Shown here piece after piece: positions 37,331 through 50,783 of a stretch of 64,000 nucleotides of DNA. Each line of letters begins with the position of its first letter. Within the stretch, counting starts at the first letter, position 1. Location of the stretch: contig NC_043014.1 in NCBI RefSeq assembly GCF_006345805.1, forward strand, positions 31,496,001 through 31,560,000. Direction: 5' to 3'. This DNA comes from Octopus sinensis. Its lineage: Eukaryota. The notes under the pieces were generated by a model. It was not told the DNA's origin, searched no databases, and worked only from the letters and a program-made list of their open reading frames with translations. The position numbers and the translations under genes were made by a program.

Positions 37331-38159
37331 TCCCCTCAAGCCTTTGCAACCCAATTCACTTTGTTTTCTGAATGCACATTTCAATGGTCAGGTTAGCAAA
37401 AAACCATTTAAGATTACTTTATCCTCTTTAAGATGGCACAACATAATTTGAAGGAAATTTCATGAAGGCTTCATTGTTAGCATATAATACTGTGGTTCAA
37501 CCCCAGGTCAGCACTGACTGTACAAACCTAAAATCAAAGATGACCCAGTCTCTTTTATTCAGTCTCGATATATTTGCAATTACATAATCCAATGTGTTCT
37601 TCATTGTTTTATGAAGGTAGAGAATCACATGAGGAAAATTATGCTGCCATTTCCAGCAGGTTGAATGACCGACATGGAAATTTCCTTGTTGGCTCATTTA
37701 TTAGAATATTGTTAGCCTGCCAACACAACATGATGTAATAAATAAATAAATTAGCATTATTGCACAATAATACTGATGACTGATGCTGAGAGAGCTTTAA
37801 AATTTTACAAAATGCAATTCATTTTAAAATCGAGATTAATGAAGCTAGCTGGGTAATCTTGAAGTATGCTACAATGAATATCTAACTTCAAAACAATTAT
37901 TGTGAATACTTTGGATTTACGCAGCTGTGGTTAAATGTCACCTTAACATACATATACATTCTTTAGAGAAGCTCTGAGCGTCAGTACATTTCTATAATAC
38001 TGGCAATATAACCACAAAATACTGACCTCATTAAAACATATACATACATATATGAATGTATTTACTTAAGAGGAGGACAATGGTAGAGAAACTAGCCAAA
38101 GAGTGGAGATAATATCTATACTTAGTGAAGTATACACACATATATCTATAAACATATGC

Positions 38160-38920
38160 ACAGGCGTGGCTATGAGGCAAGAAGTTTGCTTTTCAACCAC
38201 ATGGTTCTGGGTTCAGCACCTTGGGCAAGTGTCTTCTATTAGGCTGACCAAAGCCTTGTAAGTGGATTTGGTCGATGGAAACTGAAAGGAGCCCGTTGTA
38301 TGCGTGTGTATCTATATATATATATATATAAATAAAGTAAAAACTTACTGTGGACAAGGCTGCGTGGCATTTGATTATAAATAAATATAAAATACATCAA
38401 GTACAGGACATCACCAACAAGTGAAAATTACATAGACACACGAGCGATAAGTACAGGACAAATTACCGAATATTATACCATAAGAGCAGGACATCACCAA
38501 CAAGTGAAAAATACATAAATACATAATGAGAGACAAGTACAGGACAGTCCCATACTTGTCTTTCATTATGTATTTATATATTTTTCACTCGTTGGTGATG
38601 TCCTGTTCTTATGGTATATTTTTTGGTAATTTGTCCTGTACTTATCGCTCGTGTGTCTATGTAATTTTCACTTGTTGGTGATGTCCTGTACCTGATGTAT
38701 GTATGTGTGTATGTCTGTTTGTCACCCCATCACATCTTGTCAACTAGTGCTGGTGTGTTTATGTTCCCGTAACCTAGCAGTTCAGTAAAAGAGACTGATA
38801 GAATAAGCATTGGGTTTAAAAAGTTAAGTCCTGGGGTTGATTTATCTGACTAAAAACCCTTCAAGGCAGTGCTCCATCATGGCTGCAGTCAAATGACTGA
38901 AACAAGTCAAAGAATAAAAG
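38160..38920 (+). mobile_element. SINE family A split by an insertion in its microsatellite
   Basis: 5' half at 38160-38300 and 3' half at 38700-38920. Confidence 0.8.
38392..38700. repeat. ~309-bp near-perfect foldback palindrome
   Basis: Arms 38392-38539 and 38552-38700 are reverse complements with only scattered mismatches; 12-nt spacer CAGGACAGTCCA. Confidence 0.9.
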
Positions 38921-40859
38921 AATATGTATACAGACAAATACCTATAGATGCTCTCTCTCTCCCTCTCTCTCTCTCTCTCTGTATATATATATATATATAT
39001 ACATATATTAAAATCGAACTGCACCCTTCAAAACTTGCAGTGAATAAGTACAAGGTAAAATTACTACCTGCTTTTATAGCAAGTCGTTGCAGGTAATTTA
39101 TCCCGCCCCCCTCTAACTTTTAGTTCATGCAATTGAAAAAACCGCATTATTTATAGGATGACGCAATACATACATACATGCATAAGCACATAAATGTCTT
39201 TTACAAGGTAGATTACAAGGGGTTCTGTGAGTCACCATGAAAACAAGGAAAACATATTTTTAATGATATTATTCATTTAAAAGTAAATTTAAACAATACG
39301 ACATAGCCTGTACTATTAAAAAGCTACTCATTGAAGACTATTTGCTAGTTTTGTTAAAGGTGCTACTTACAACTAACAGGCTGCATTGTTAATGGCTATA
39401 TACTACCACTACTGAAATGAAAAACTCATGTGTCAAAATAGTACACAAGGTTTTGCTTCTTTATATGACTGCTTCTATGTGAATATGTTGTATATTCATA
39501 TATCAACAATATATGTAGCTGTATTTGTATCTATTTCACTGTCTGTTGTCTATATGGGTAGATTTATTAAGCTATAAAGAATGTTCTATTGAATACAGTG
39601 TGTGAACAGTCAAAAGTGTTATGTCATATGCACACGTATAGTATATTGTCATTATTAAGTGGCACCTTTTATTTTGGTAGTAAGCTGGTAGAATCATCAC
39701 CACACTGGACAAAGTCTGCCATGGTTGACTTTGTCCTTTAGTTTTTCAAGGTCAATAAAATAAGTACCAGTTGAGCACTGGTGTTGATGTAATCAACTCC
39801 TTGCCCTCAAAAGTCCTGTACCAAAATTAGAAAGAGTTATTCAGACATAAATATATATGTACAAATACACACATGTGCACACACACACACACACAGTGAC
39901 CATGGATTCAATTTTGAACATAGTCATTTTCTCATCGCAAGCACATACCTGTAACAGCTTTGATAGCATTTCTATCATGGACCCTAAAATGACTATTCGG
40001 CCCTGATTTTGTTTAAGATTTTTGTGTGAAAAATGTAACCCATAATTTGGTCAAGAACTCCACCAACAGTAACTCCACTTTTTCTCCATTCAAACCCACT
40101 TTCACACATAAAAGAAAAACAGAGCTCTCCTTGTTGTTGAAGCTGTATGCATAATTGCATCTCATGTTGATCTTGCACGGATGAGTAATCCAGTTTTTGA
40201 GAGTGTAAAGTGATCACATAGTGTACAGGTGAGAATATCTATGGACCCTTTAATATTCAAAGCTTCAACATTCTGCAGTTACCAAGTATTATGCACCACT
40301 ATTTAATGGGTAATTCAAATTCTCTCAAAGTGCGAGCTATTGGTCCTCTTTATAGACCACCATTCACTTCTTGATGAAGAGTGCTGATGTTTAACCCTTT
40401 AGCATTCAGATTACTCTGTCAAATGTAGATGTCAATCGTGATTGTAAATTTTTGGAATGACATTACAGTGTAGGTGTGAGAGACAGGATCTGGCTGGTTT
40501 GAATACAAAACAGGTAAAGTATACGAGCCGGATGAAGCTGGTTTTTGTGACATCATGACATCTCAATTTTGGTTTGTACTGAATATGCTTAACAAGAAAT
40601 AATTCTCCATGAAGTAATTGCTTTAGAAGCCTGAAAAATCCTCAAGATGCATGACATGACCAGCCTAGAGCTAACCTGCCATACTAAACAGCTTTCTTTT
40701 ACCTACACTTATGTGTCAGGTGTAAAAGATTTCCAACCTGATGTTTAGTCCTTTGGCATTCTGATTACTCTGTCAAATTTAATGCTTATTTATTCACATT
40801 ACTTTTGAATGAACCATGCATTATCTCATAGCTTTGAGATTGCAATAACATGACTGTTT

Positions 40860-41520
40860 ATTTTTAGAATGGTATCATGGGGTAAGTGTGAGAAGCCAGA
40901 TCTGACCAGCTTGAACATAAAACAAGTAGAGTATTGGGGCTGGATACAGCCAGTTTTAAAATTAATAGGTTAATAAATGCCTTCCATATTTCTAGTGAAA
41001 TCTCTCCAGTTCTTTGATATGGTGCCCATGTCTTAAATGGATATAACAGGACTGTGATGATGCAAATATCATAGATGCAAAGTCTGGTGGACAGTTTCAA
41101 GTCCATCAGATCAGAAACATTTCTCCAGTACCAAATACAATCTAAAACTTCTCAATCTTCAATTTGATCTCAGAAATAATGGTGGTGGTAGTGGTGGTGG
41201 AGTTGCATCCCTGGAGATAGAGCTACTAAGATACACAAAGGAACTCACTAAATCAAGTCTGGTATCTTGATTCAACATGGATCACTTCTGGAGCAGGTGC
41301 AACCATCATTTTACTCTTCTGCAGATTTATTTCAAGTTTCAAAGTTTCAAAGCAATACAAGGACTGGAGATGAGGCTTGTTATTTTCTGAATATCTTGCT
41401 TTGAGTAAGCAACAGAGCCACAATTATCAGCATGCAACAAATCATATGCTTTGTTTAACATTCTCTTCTGTTGGCAGTCATTAAAGTTGTTGATCCAATC
41501 TAGTAAGCTATCAATCTTAT
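40860..41520 (-). mobile_element. Decayed RTE LINE reverse transcriptase fragment
   Basis: DLLHADNCGSVAYSKQDIQKIT (degenerate YADD box), LEINLQKSK, LDLVSSFVYLSSSIS, LKLSTRLCIYDICIITVLLY..TW. Confidence 0.8.
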
Positions 41521-42689
41521 ACAAATACACACTCATGCATTGAACAGAAACAGACGCAAATAAACACAAGGAAATGGTGCAAAAGCACACGCATATTCAG
41601 GGCTATAGTAAAAGATGCTTCTGCTAGATTCCACAAGGTGGGAATGAACCCAGGACCTGACAGTTGTGAGGCAAACTTCTTAACCATTGGGCCATAAACA
41701 TATATTTATACATAAATATACACATGCATTGATTTAGGTGTAAATATAAACTGAAACACACACACATACATGTACATATATGTGTATATACTTGTATACA
41801 TGTAGACACCCACATTTGTCTACATGTGTATATACAAACACACAACTACACCTGAGCTAGAAGTTAGAATGAAGTGCAATATGAGAATATATGGCTATAA
41901 CTAGCTTCATGAGATATTAAATTTCTAAAATGATTTAAGAATAACAACAGTTTCAAATGACAGGACAAAGTATTCTGACAGAAATGGATAAACTCTGTGT
42001 GTGGGGGGATGAAGGGGGTGCAGGGGGTGAGTAAGAACTACATGATAGAAAACAATGTATTATTAAGAGAAGGATAAATTATACAAACTAATGTGTGTGT
42101 ATGTGCTAGAGAAGAAAGAGAATGTTTATGTATGATACATAATATGCTTGTAAGAAGAAGAGTACTTCTAAATGATAGAACAAGGTGATCAGACAACTAT
42201 AAACTATACTAGTGTGTGTGTGTGTGTGTAAGACTATGGTGCAATAAAATGTGGTAACACCTGTAGAAGAACTGTTCCATGATTTATATAATCTTTGTTA
42301 ATGTCTTCTAATTTAACATAAAGGGATTTGACTACTGTCTGTTTTTATTGCTTTGTGTGTATATGTGTCTCTATATGAACATGCCTGTACCCTGTTTAAC
42401 CCTCGACAGACAGTTGTATGACTGGTTATGTCTGTGTTTTTCATATCTGGAGAGTCCATGAATGCATGCATATGTGTGTTTGTATGTGTGTGTGTACATT
42501 AACTCTCTGTGGAAACTGTGTGTTTATGCAGATAATGAACAGGGCTTTAATTTCTGTTTTACAAATCATAAATGAGAGATGCATCTCCCCACCAGATAGG
42601 ATGTGAGTTTATTTCAAGCTAACATAGCCAGATAGTTTGGTATCTGTTTCTCAAGACAGCTAAATGAACTCAAAATAAGTGGTGCAGTA

Positions 42690-43090
42690 CCAACATAGTC
42701 AACTGCTACAAAGGTAAAGGTGATGCATTAGATAGGAATAATTACAGAGGTATCAAGTTGTTGGATCAGGTAATGAAAGTCACGGAGAAAGTCATAGCCC
42801 AACTAATTAGGGAGAGAGTCAGTCTAGATGAGATGCAGTTTGGGTTTGTGCCAGGGAAAAGACAGCTGCAGGAGAAATACATAGCCAAAGATAAACCTCT
42901 GTACCTGGCCCTTGTTGACATGAAGAAAGCCTTTGACAGGGTTCCCTGATCTGTTGGTAAATGCAGAAATTAGGGATAGATGAGTGGTTAGTGAGAGCTG
43001 TACAAGCCATGTACAGGGATGCTGTCAGTAAGGTGAGGGTTGGCAACGAGTACAGTGAAGAATTCCGGGTAGGGATAGGGGTCCATGAAG
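42690..43090 (+). mobile_element. RTE LINE reverse transcriptase fragment
   Basis: YRGIKLLDQVMKV..EMQFGFVPGK..LVDMKKAFDRVP..LGIDEWLVRAVQAMY..GVHEGS. Confidence 0.9.
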
Positions 43091-43164
43091 GATCATCATC
43101 ATCATCAACAACAACAACAACAGCAACAGCAGCAGCAGCCTTACTGATAATAATAATCCTTTCT

Positions 43165-43370
43165 GCTATAGGCACAAGGTCTGAAATTTGGGGGAGGGGG
43201 ATAGTTGTTTGCATTGACCCCAGTACTCAACTGGTACTTATTTCATTGATCCCCAAAAGGATGAGAGGCAAAGTTGACCTTGGAGGAATTTGAACCCAGA
43301 ATGAAGTGGTAGACGAAATATGGCTGAGCATTTTGCCTGGCGTGCTAATAATTCAGTCAGCTCACCACAA
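43165..43370 (-). mobile_element. SINE family B, (TTA)n-tail variant
   Basis: CCTTTCTGCTATAGGCACAAGG..AAAGGATGAGAGGCAAAGTTGACC..CAGTCAGCTCACC. Confidence 0.8.
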
Positions 43371-44008
43371 TAATAATAATAAAAGATCAACTTAACAAGA
43401 AACAAACAAATGATATAAAAAGGAATTATTTAAAGGTTTCCTTCTCCTGTAATTTCTTATTTAAACAGTTCAATATTTAAAAAAGTTATATTCTTCAAAA
43501 TTCACTAAGAATTCAAATTGTATTGACTTTTATTTAAAGTTTATTTCCAATTTTTTTCTTTTTTTCTCTTTTTCTTTTACAGAGAAAGAAATGTTGAAGA
43601 AAGAGTGGGTGACGATGGATATGGTGGTGTAAATAAACTTACAAAAACTGAACTCAAATCAAGATCAAAGAGATATGTTTTTTTTTCTTTTTTTAAAATT
43701 TTGTTTAAAAGTTGGGTGTTGAAAATAACGATGATGATGATAATGAGATAAAGCAACTTTAGAAATTAACAAAAGTTGGCAAGATATGAAGTGAAAGAAA
43801 GTCGTTAAGTTAAGAAACATATTTAAGGCTTGTGTTCCTTAAAGAGGGAAAAGAAATAATGGTATATGGCAGGAGAGATAATGAGAATATTCTCAGAGGT
43901 TACTAAGCTCAGCACAACTTTGACATGTGAAAAGATGTGGGGAGGAGAGGATTAATTACTAAGATGGGGTCAGTTGTAGCATTGCTGTAGCAAAAGGATT
44001 ATCTAACC

Positions 44009-44290
44009 CAGTGGTTCTCAACTGGGATCCATATGGCCCCTGAGGGTCCATATAAGATTTTAGGGTTCCACGCTAGCAAAATAGTAAAATAGGGGATCCA
44101 CAATTGGGAGTCCATGAAAAAAGTTGATTTACATGTATTTATTGTAAGAAGCAGCTGAGTTTCTTTCTCTAGCGTTTTACATAGGTCAATTTACACAAGT
44201 TAATGTATGAAAAACAAAAACAAGAATTTTGAAAGAAGTATTTATGAAATTAGTTTTTAAACAGTGAATGGTTATTGTGGGGTGGGCACC
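44009..44290 (+). mobile_element. hAT-type MITE, right end lost
   Basis: CAGTGGTTCTCAAC left TIR; body matches 55308-55618. Confidence 0.7.
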
Positions 44291-44640
44291 AGAGTAAAAT
44301 AGGAATCAACGTGGCTGTATGGGAATGAGACATGGTGTCTGAGGGAGAGAGAGATGGCAACTTTGAGAAGGACCAAGAGAACAATGGTGACAGAAATGTG
44401 TGGAGAGAAGCTGTTTGATAAGAGCAGGACTGAGGACTTGATGGGGATGCTGGGGTTGGAGGAATCAGTGGAACAGCTAGCAAGGGTGAATGGAGTGCAG
44501 TAGCATGGGCATGTATTGAGGAGAGTTGAGGAGCATGTTCTGAGGAGGGTGCTTGAATTTGAGGTAAATGGGCCAAGAAAGTGAGGCAGACCAAGGAAAA
44601 TGTGGAAGGGACAGGTGGAGAAGATTGGGAAGATTGGGAA
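44290..44640 (+). mobile_element. RTE LINE C-terminal fragment
   Basis: LYGNETWCLRE..TEDLMGMLGLEESVEQLARVNG..GHVLRR..VLEFEVNG..GRPRKMW. Confidence 0.8.
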
Positions 44641-46291
44641 GTAGATCCGGCCACCCCTGTTAACGGAAACAATACTTGGATTTAAAACACTGGATGACAT
44701 GACATGTACACATATCCCTGTAAATCTGTCTCTCACTTAGACATTGTAGTTATAATCACTTTTCACACCTGTTAATTAGTCTCTCTCTCTCCTTTTTAAG
44801 CACTGTAAACATAGTCTCTCATTACTTTTGCTGGTCTCTCTATCTCTCATTTAGACACAATAAACAATCCATCCACACACATTGGTTTGTCAGTTTGTCT
44901 GTCTCTCTCTTCAAGATACAGTAAACATAGCCTTTCCTCACACTTGTTAGTCTCTCTAGTCTTTCCTGAAGCTTATTAGGTCTCTCCTTTCTTATAAAAC
45001 AACTAACATAGTCTCCCCTAACACTTGTTAAGCTCTCTCTCTCTGATATTATAAATGGGGGAGAGAGAGAGAGAACAAAATGTCTGATTGATTTATTTTT
45101 TTCTTATTGGCTGCAATATTTGTCAGTTAAATGGAGAAGAGTAGCAGAAAAAGGTGTGTACAGTTCTTGGTAGTCAGGAAGTGTGCAGAGTCTAAAGTGG
45201 AATGTGATTGACTTTTTATTAGAAGAGGAAGGCACTGAGATGGCAGCAGCAGATAAAATTAAACAAAGACATTGTCCAAGACAAACAAAACTGGCTAAGT
45301 GTTTTTTCATCAACATCACTATCACATATACACATACATACAGTTGCCGCCTAAGCATTGCACACACACACACATGCATACACACACACTGGTGGTCACA
45401 TTTCTCATTGTATAAAAATTCCAAAGAAATCGGTGCTAAAGTAGAAACTGGATTGCCTGCTAAGTTAGACAGATGTGCATGTGTGTGTGTGTGTACACAC
45501 ACATTTCTGCTGACATTGATTAACTACCAAGGTATCTAAGTTTCATGAACCACTTCAAAGAGTACAGAAGCAAATACTGGAGATAGCATATGTGTGTGTG
45601 TGTAAAGGACTAAGCAAGAGTGCCTGGGAATAAATGTCTTTATGTGCGTGAATGAGAGGAGGAGGCAAAGAGTGTAATAAATATCAATATGAGTATGACT
45701 CTGTACATATATTTCAAAGATTTTCATGAAAATGTAAACTACAGCAAGAATCTTGCAATGTGTATGAGACAGAGAGAGAATAGTGCCTGATTATCACTGA
45801 CAGCCTCTGTGTTTGTGTGTGCACATGTGAATGTGTATGTGTGTGCACATGTGTGCATGCTAATTCTTCCACAACCCCGATGGCCCACATGTCTGTACCT
45901 CAATCCAGTTTCTGAAGCAAGAGGCCAATAGTAAATAAAGTTGCAGTCCAACATATTAGAAACTAATGAAACAATCTGGTATTTATTCTTCAAGAAGGTA
46001 AAGTGGTAAATGGAAACAACGAGAAGCAAGGGAGGGCAGGTTGTTGACTATCTCTTCCCAAGAAACACAATGAAATGTCTCTGCAGAGATAGGAACACTG
46101 GAAGCATTGACCGACTACAAATCACCCAATGTCTTGAATCCTTTTGTTACCATATTTCTATTGAAACACACTGCTTTGTTTCAATGAATTTTTAAAATAA
46201 TAACAAATTTGGAAAAATAAAATTGTCGTTATAAAAGCTGAAATTTCAGAGATAAATTAACATGGAATTCTGATGAAAGGATTTAATTTAA

Positions 46292-46516
46292 CACTTTAGC
46301 ATTTTGATTACTTTGTCAAATGAAACATTTATTTCTTCACATTGTTTTAAAGTAATCATGGTGTATCTCACAGCTTCAAGATCTTAACGAAATGATTGCT
46401 TATTTTTAGAATGACATTGTAAGGTAGGTGTGAGAGCTCAGATATAGCTGGTTTGGACATAAAACACACAGAACATTTGGGCCAAGTATTATTGCCAGTT
46501 TAAATGCTAAAGAGGT
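46292..46516. mobile_element. piggyBac-type MITE, complete
   Basis: TTAA|CACTTTAGCATT ... AATGCTAAAGAGG|TTAA. Confidence 0.75.
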
Positions 46517-47234
46517 TAAATCCCTTGATACATGACAGAACTAGAGATGATCTCAGATAGGTTAATATCAAAGGGGTTAATCACTTAACCTACTGAAATC
46601 TCAGCGTTAAATGCAGAGAGGTAGAAATTTGTTGTCTGATTAATGATGTTGATGTTTAGCTCTTGGTTAACCTAGATCAAACAAAACTCTGCAACCTGAT
46701 AACAACACCAATTCCATCAAAAATTCCTGAAATCTTGCAAAAGGTTCCTCATCATTCATATCTGGCAAACAAAGGTATGTGATCAAAAGGTTTGCTTCCC
46801 AATCACATGGTTTTGGGTTCTTCTACTATAGCCTTCAATTGACGAAGGCTTTGTGAATGGACTTGAAAGGTGGAAACCAAAAGAAAATTGTGTGTGTGCT
46901 TGTGAGTGTGTGTGCATGTATTTTTATGTCTCTGTGTCTTGAAATCATGTGACAGTAGCAAATAAGTTCGACTGCCATAGAAATGGGGTCTGTTTCTCCA
47001 ATTTTCCATGAAAACATGTTCTGTCATTGGCAAAATATTAGCAAGTTTGGAAACAGGTCAGGGTTGGTGGCTGGAATGGCATCTGGCCAAAGAAAACCTC
47101 CTCCATGAATTTCATGTCACATATGCAAGCATGGAGAAATGGACATTATTATTATGACGATGAAACATCACTGCAAACATTGATAAATCACATCATTAAA
47201 ACATACAAAAGAATCAGCTATATATATATATACT

Positions 47235-47615
47235 AGCAGTATTGCCTGGCATTGCTCGGGTTTGTTTCGACCCTTTAGAATTGGAATTTTTGAAAAGTAA
47301 AAATTTTGCATTATTTAGCTTGTTATTCTCTTTAAGTGAACATTTTACTGGTTGAAATACACCGAAAAATGGCAACACAGCAGTCAAAAAATAAAAAATA
47401 GGGATTTTCATAGAAAAAAAGCACCTTTTTGATGTAAATAATTTTTGATGTTAACATGGTCCAATTTGAATTTATTCTTCTACGGAAGGAAGAACAAGCC
47501 TTCTTCTATCATACTCTCAATTTTGGTCAACTTGCACCGCAGGGTCTCAGAGGAGATAGTGTTAGTTGAAGGCTACCAAACATGCCATACACAAGCAACT
47601 TAAGCTTTATACATA
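47235..47615 (-). mobile_element. Non-autonomous Helitron, same 3' end as 6207-6721
   Basis: Plus strand A|CTAGCAGTATTGCCTGGCATTGCTCGGGTTTGT; different internal sequence; 5' end merges into (TA)n. Confidence 0.7.
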
Positions 47616-48189
47616 TATATATATATATTTATATATATATATCAGTCAAACTGTCCAACCTATGCCAGCATGGAAAACTGACATTAATTGATGATGATGA
47701 TATAGCACCAAAAAGACAAATGCAGAAGCACTAACTTGACAACTAAAAACAGAAGACTATATGGATTGTACTGCCATATACACACCTCTCCAGCCTCAAA
47801 TCTAAGTTAATCAATTCCTTCCAAAGCAAATTGGGAATAGATAGCAAAGACAATCTGGTACTGAAGCCAAAACCATCTTGTAGATCCATCTAATTCAACA
47901 GTTAGACTGTTATCTTTCCATCTCAAATGTCATTGCCTGAAAGATCTGGGGTTTGGAAAACAATTAATGATGTAGACACCAGAATAATAATTTTTTTCTA
48001 GCATAGTGACAGAAATTTACAGGAAGAGGATTGATTGATTCAACTGTCTCCAATACTTGACCCCATAAAGATGATAAGTAAAAGAGACTTTGGGCAACAT
48101 TTGAATTCAGAATGTGTGGTCACCGTAATGAATGCTAGGAAGAGATGGCCTAGCTCTTGAGATTCTCTATCTTTGATATCTTCAGAGAG

Positions 48190-48400
48190 GGCACCCCAAC
48201 CAAAGCACTGCTATTGTACAAATACATCTTGCCATACTTTACGGAATGTTCTGTTTGAAGTGTGAAAGATGGCAAGAGTAAAAGTTCAAATACTGGTGAT
48301 TGTCTGTTTTTTTGTCAAATAAATCCGTCGTTATTGTGGAATTGCATATTTTTATGTGAATGTCTAAGAATGAATAAGTCATTATGACTGGTTTCTGTTG
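48190..48400 (-). mobile_element. Penelope-like element RT thumb fragment
   Basis: FLDIHIKICNSTITTDLFDKKTDNHQYLNFYSCHLSHFKQNIP*SMARCICTI matches the PLE motif FLD..I....T.LY.K.TD...YL...S.HP...K..IPYS.ARR. Confidence 0.8.
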
Positions 48401-48697
48401 TGGACTTGATAGATAGGTGACGGGTTTGCAAAATGTTATTGAATATTTGTAGATCATCATTTAATGTATCTCAAAAATAAAGCAACCACTGAGTAAGCGT
48501 ATCCACTTTTCAATGACATGCTTCACCAGGTTAGCATCTGAGGGTGCAAATTTTGCCCATATAGCTGTGCCCTTTATTTGTTGTTGATGTCTTATACAAT
48601 CAAAGATAAAGGAGTTCTTCCCTAGTACCAAATGTGTCACCTTGGTAATGAAATCCATTTTGAAATGTTTGTTTCTCTGCTCTTTATGATTTTCTAC

Positions 48698-48732
<35 letters not shown>

Positions 48733-48736
<4 letters not shown>

Positions 48737-50043
48737 GAAGATAGTTTTTGTATGTGGCAAATGCTCGGGAGCATTGACCTCCGAAAATCTGCAGAAAACA
48801 ACTTCCGTCACTTTCCGGGGGGAAAAACTAGAAGTAGTTGATAGCTTCCGCCATCTAGGTGACCAAGTCAGTAGTGGGGGTGGGTGCGCTGAAAGTGTAA
48901 CTGCTAGAATAAGAATAGCCTGGGCAAAGTTTAGGGAGCTCTTACCTCTGCTGGTGACTAAAGGCCTCTCGCTCAGAGTAAAAGGCAGACTGTATGATGC
49001 ATGTGTACGAACAGCTATGCTACATGGCAGTGAAACATGGGCAGTGATTGCTGAGGATATGCGTAAGCTCGTGAGGAATGAAGCCAGTATGCTCCGATGG
49101 ATGTGTAATGTCAGTGTACTCACTCGACAGAGCGTTAGTCCCTTGAGAGAAATGTTGTACCTAAGAAGCATCAGTTGTGGTGTGCAAGAGAGACGATTGC
49201 GCTGGTATGGTCATGTGGCGAGAATGGATGAAGATAGGTGTGTGAGAAAGTGTCAATCCCTAGCATTTGAGGGAACCCGTGGAAGAGGTAGACCCAGGAA
49301 AACCTGGGATGAGGTGGTGAAGCACGACCTTCGGACGTTAGGTCTCACCATGGAAATGACTAGAGACCGAGACCTATGGAAGTATGCTGTGCGTGAGAAG
49401 ACCCGGCAAGACTAGTGAAGCCATAACCCGTGGCCCCTACCTGGGACATAGTCAGTCCACCTGTGCATACCTTCCTTCTTGTGACACTTGTGAAGACCTG
49501 TTGAGGCAAGTGAAAATCAAATCAAATCAAATCAAACCAAATCAAAATAGATGAACATCAATAGAATTTGTATCCTTGTGGTACCAGTGCCGGTGGCACA
49601 TAAGATAACCATCCGAACGTGACCGTAGCCAGTACCGCATCGACTGGCCTCCGTGCTGAGGGCACGTAACAAACACCATCCGAGCGTGGCCGTTCGCCAG
49701 CCTCGTCTGGCACCTGTGTCGGTGACACATAAGAAAACACCATCCGAGCGTGGCCGTCTGCCAGCCTCGTCTGGCACCTGTGTCGGTGGCACATAAAAAA
49801 CACCATCCGAGCGTGGCCGTCTGCCAGCCTCGTCTGGCACCTGCGTCGGTGGCACATAAAATCACCCACTACACTCTCGGAGTGGTTGGCGTTAGGAAGG
49901 GCATCCAGCTGTAGAAACACTGCCAGATCTGACTGGCCTGGTGCAGCCTTCGGGCTTGCCAGACCCCAGTTGAACCGTCCAACCCATGCTAGCATAGAAA
50001 GCGGACGTTAAACGATGATGATGATGATGATGATGATGATGAT
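48733..50043 (+). mobile_element. Young 5'-truncated RTE LINE with intact ORF C-terminus, 3' UTR and (GAT)n tail
   Basis: Open frame to the stop at 49415: EKLEVVDSFRHLG..ARIRIAWAKF..VKGRLYDACVRTAMLHGSETW..RRLRWYGHVARM..RGRGRPRKTW; CpG-rich UTR; inserted after a (TA)n tract. Confidence 0.92.
49674..49862 (+). repeat. Three tandem 63-64-bp GC-rich repeats in the RTE 3' UTR
   Basis: CACCATCCGAGCGTGGCCGT..CCAGCCTCGTCTGGCACCTG..GCACATAA starts at 49674, 49738 and 49801. Confidence 0.92.
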
Positions 50044-50218
50044 ATATAATGCATTTCTGTGCTTTTTAACATTATACGTCTACATGAGATATTTTTTGGG
50101 GGAAAACACTGCAGTTTCAAAGTTTTCAACAGTATATCTGCACTAAGGACGATATACAGAATTGGTCTAATACTGTTTCCATCGCTTTAACAAATGTATA
50201 TATACATATACACACATG

Positions 50219-50249
<31 letters not shown>

Positions 50250-50250
50250 T

Positions 50251-50783
50251 TTTATATATGAGGACAATATCGATATTTAAGTGTCGAAATTATCAAGTGG
50301 CCAGCATGAAAGAAATATCTTACAAAGGTAAAAAAATTTTTAACAATTAAAAATGAGGGTGTCTAAAAGACACCAACATGCCGAAATAGCAGTCGAAAGT
50401 AACTATAAAACCACGTTAAATGTTCATATCGCACCATGAGGTAAAGCGGAGGGACAAAACATACAAGCAAAAATTATTGAATAATTCAAGATCCAAGGAT
50501 TTCTGGTTCTGCTTTCGATAAGCTTTACCGTCATCAATTGAATATATCAAGGGTACATAAATACAGATATATATATGCACAGCAAACGATATACTTACAT
50601 ATACGAGCGTCGTACATACATACATATGCACGTATGGACACAGCCAGTTTGAATCGCCCGCCAAATCACCGCATAAGTACGATATGGTTAAAATAAGCAC
50701 CGCAGTGAATATAATAACGAATTATATAAATTTATATATGAGGACAATATCGATATTTAAGTGTCGAAATTATCAAGTGGCCA

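Noticed and set aside
39040-39170. Promoter-like GC box (CCCGCCCC) and TGACGCAA
   Set aside because: Isolated short motifs with no adjacent exon evidence.
41323-41403. Apparent 81-nt plus-strand exon (TTCTGCAG|...|GTAAGC) and minus ORF 41339-41590 resembling an F-box-like helix
   Set aside because: The minus strand is the YADD region of a decayed RTE reverse transcriptase, so both are LINE-derived.
48461-49171. 236-aa minus-strand ORF
   Set aside because: Antisense shadow of the RTE ORF running through a (TA)n tract.
49674-49862. CRISPR-like array
   Set aside because: Repeats are contiguous with no unique spacers, and the DNA is eukaryotic LINE UTR.
49532-49995. Three overlapping 107-145-aa minus-strand ORFs with peptide repeats
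   Set aside because: Antisense translations of the 63-bp tandem repeat in the RTE 3' UTR.
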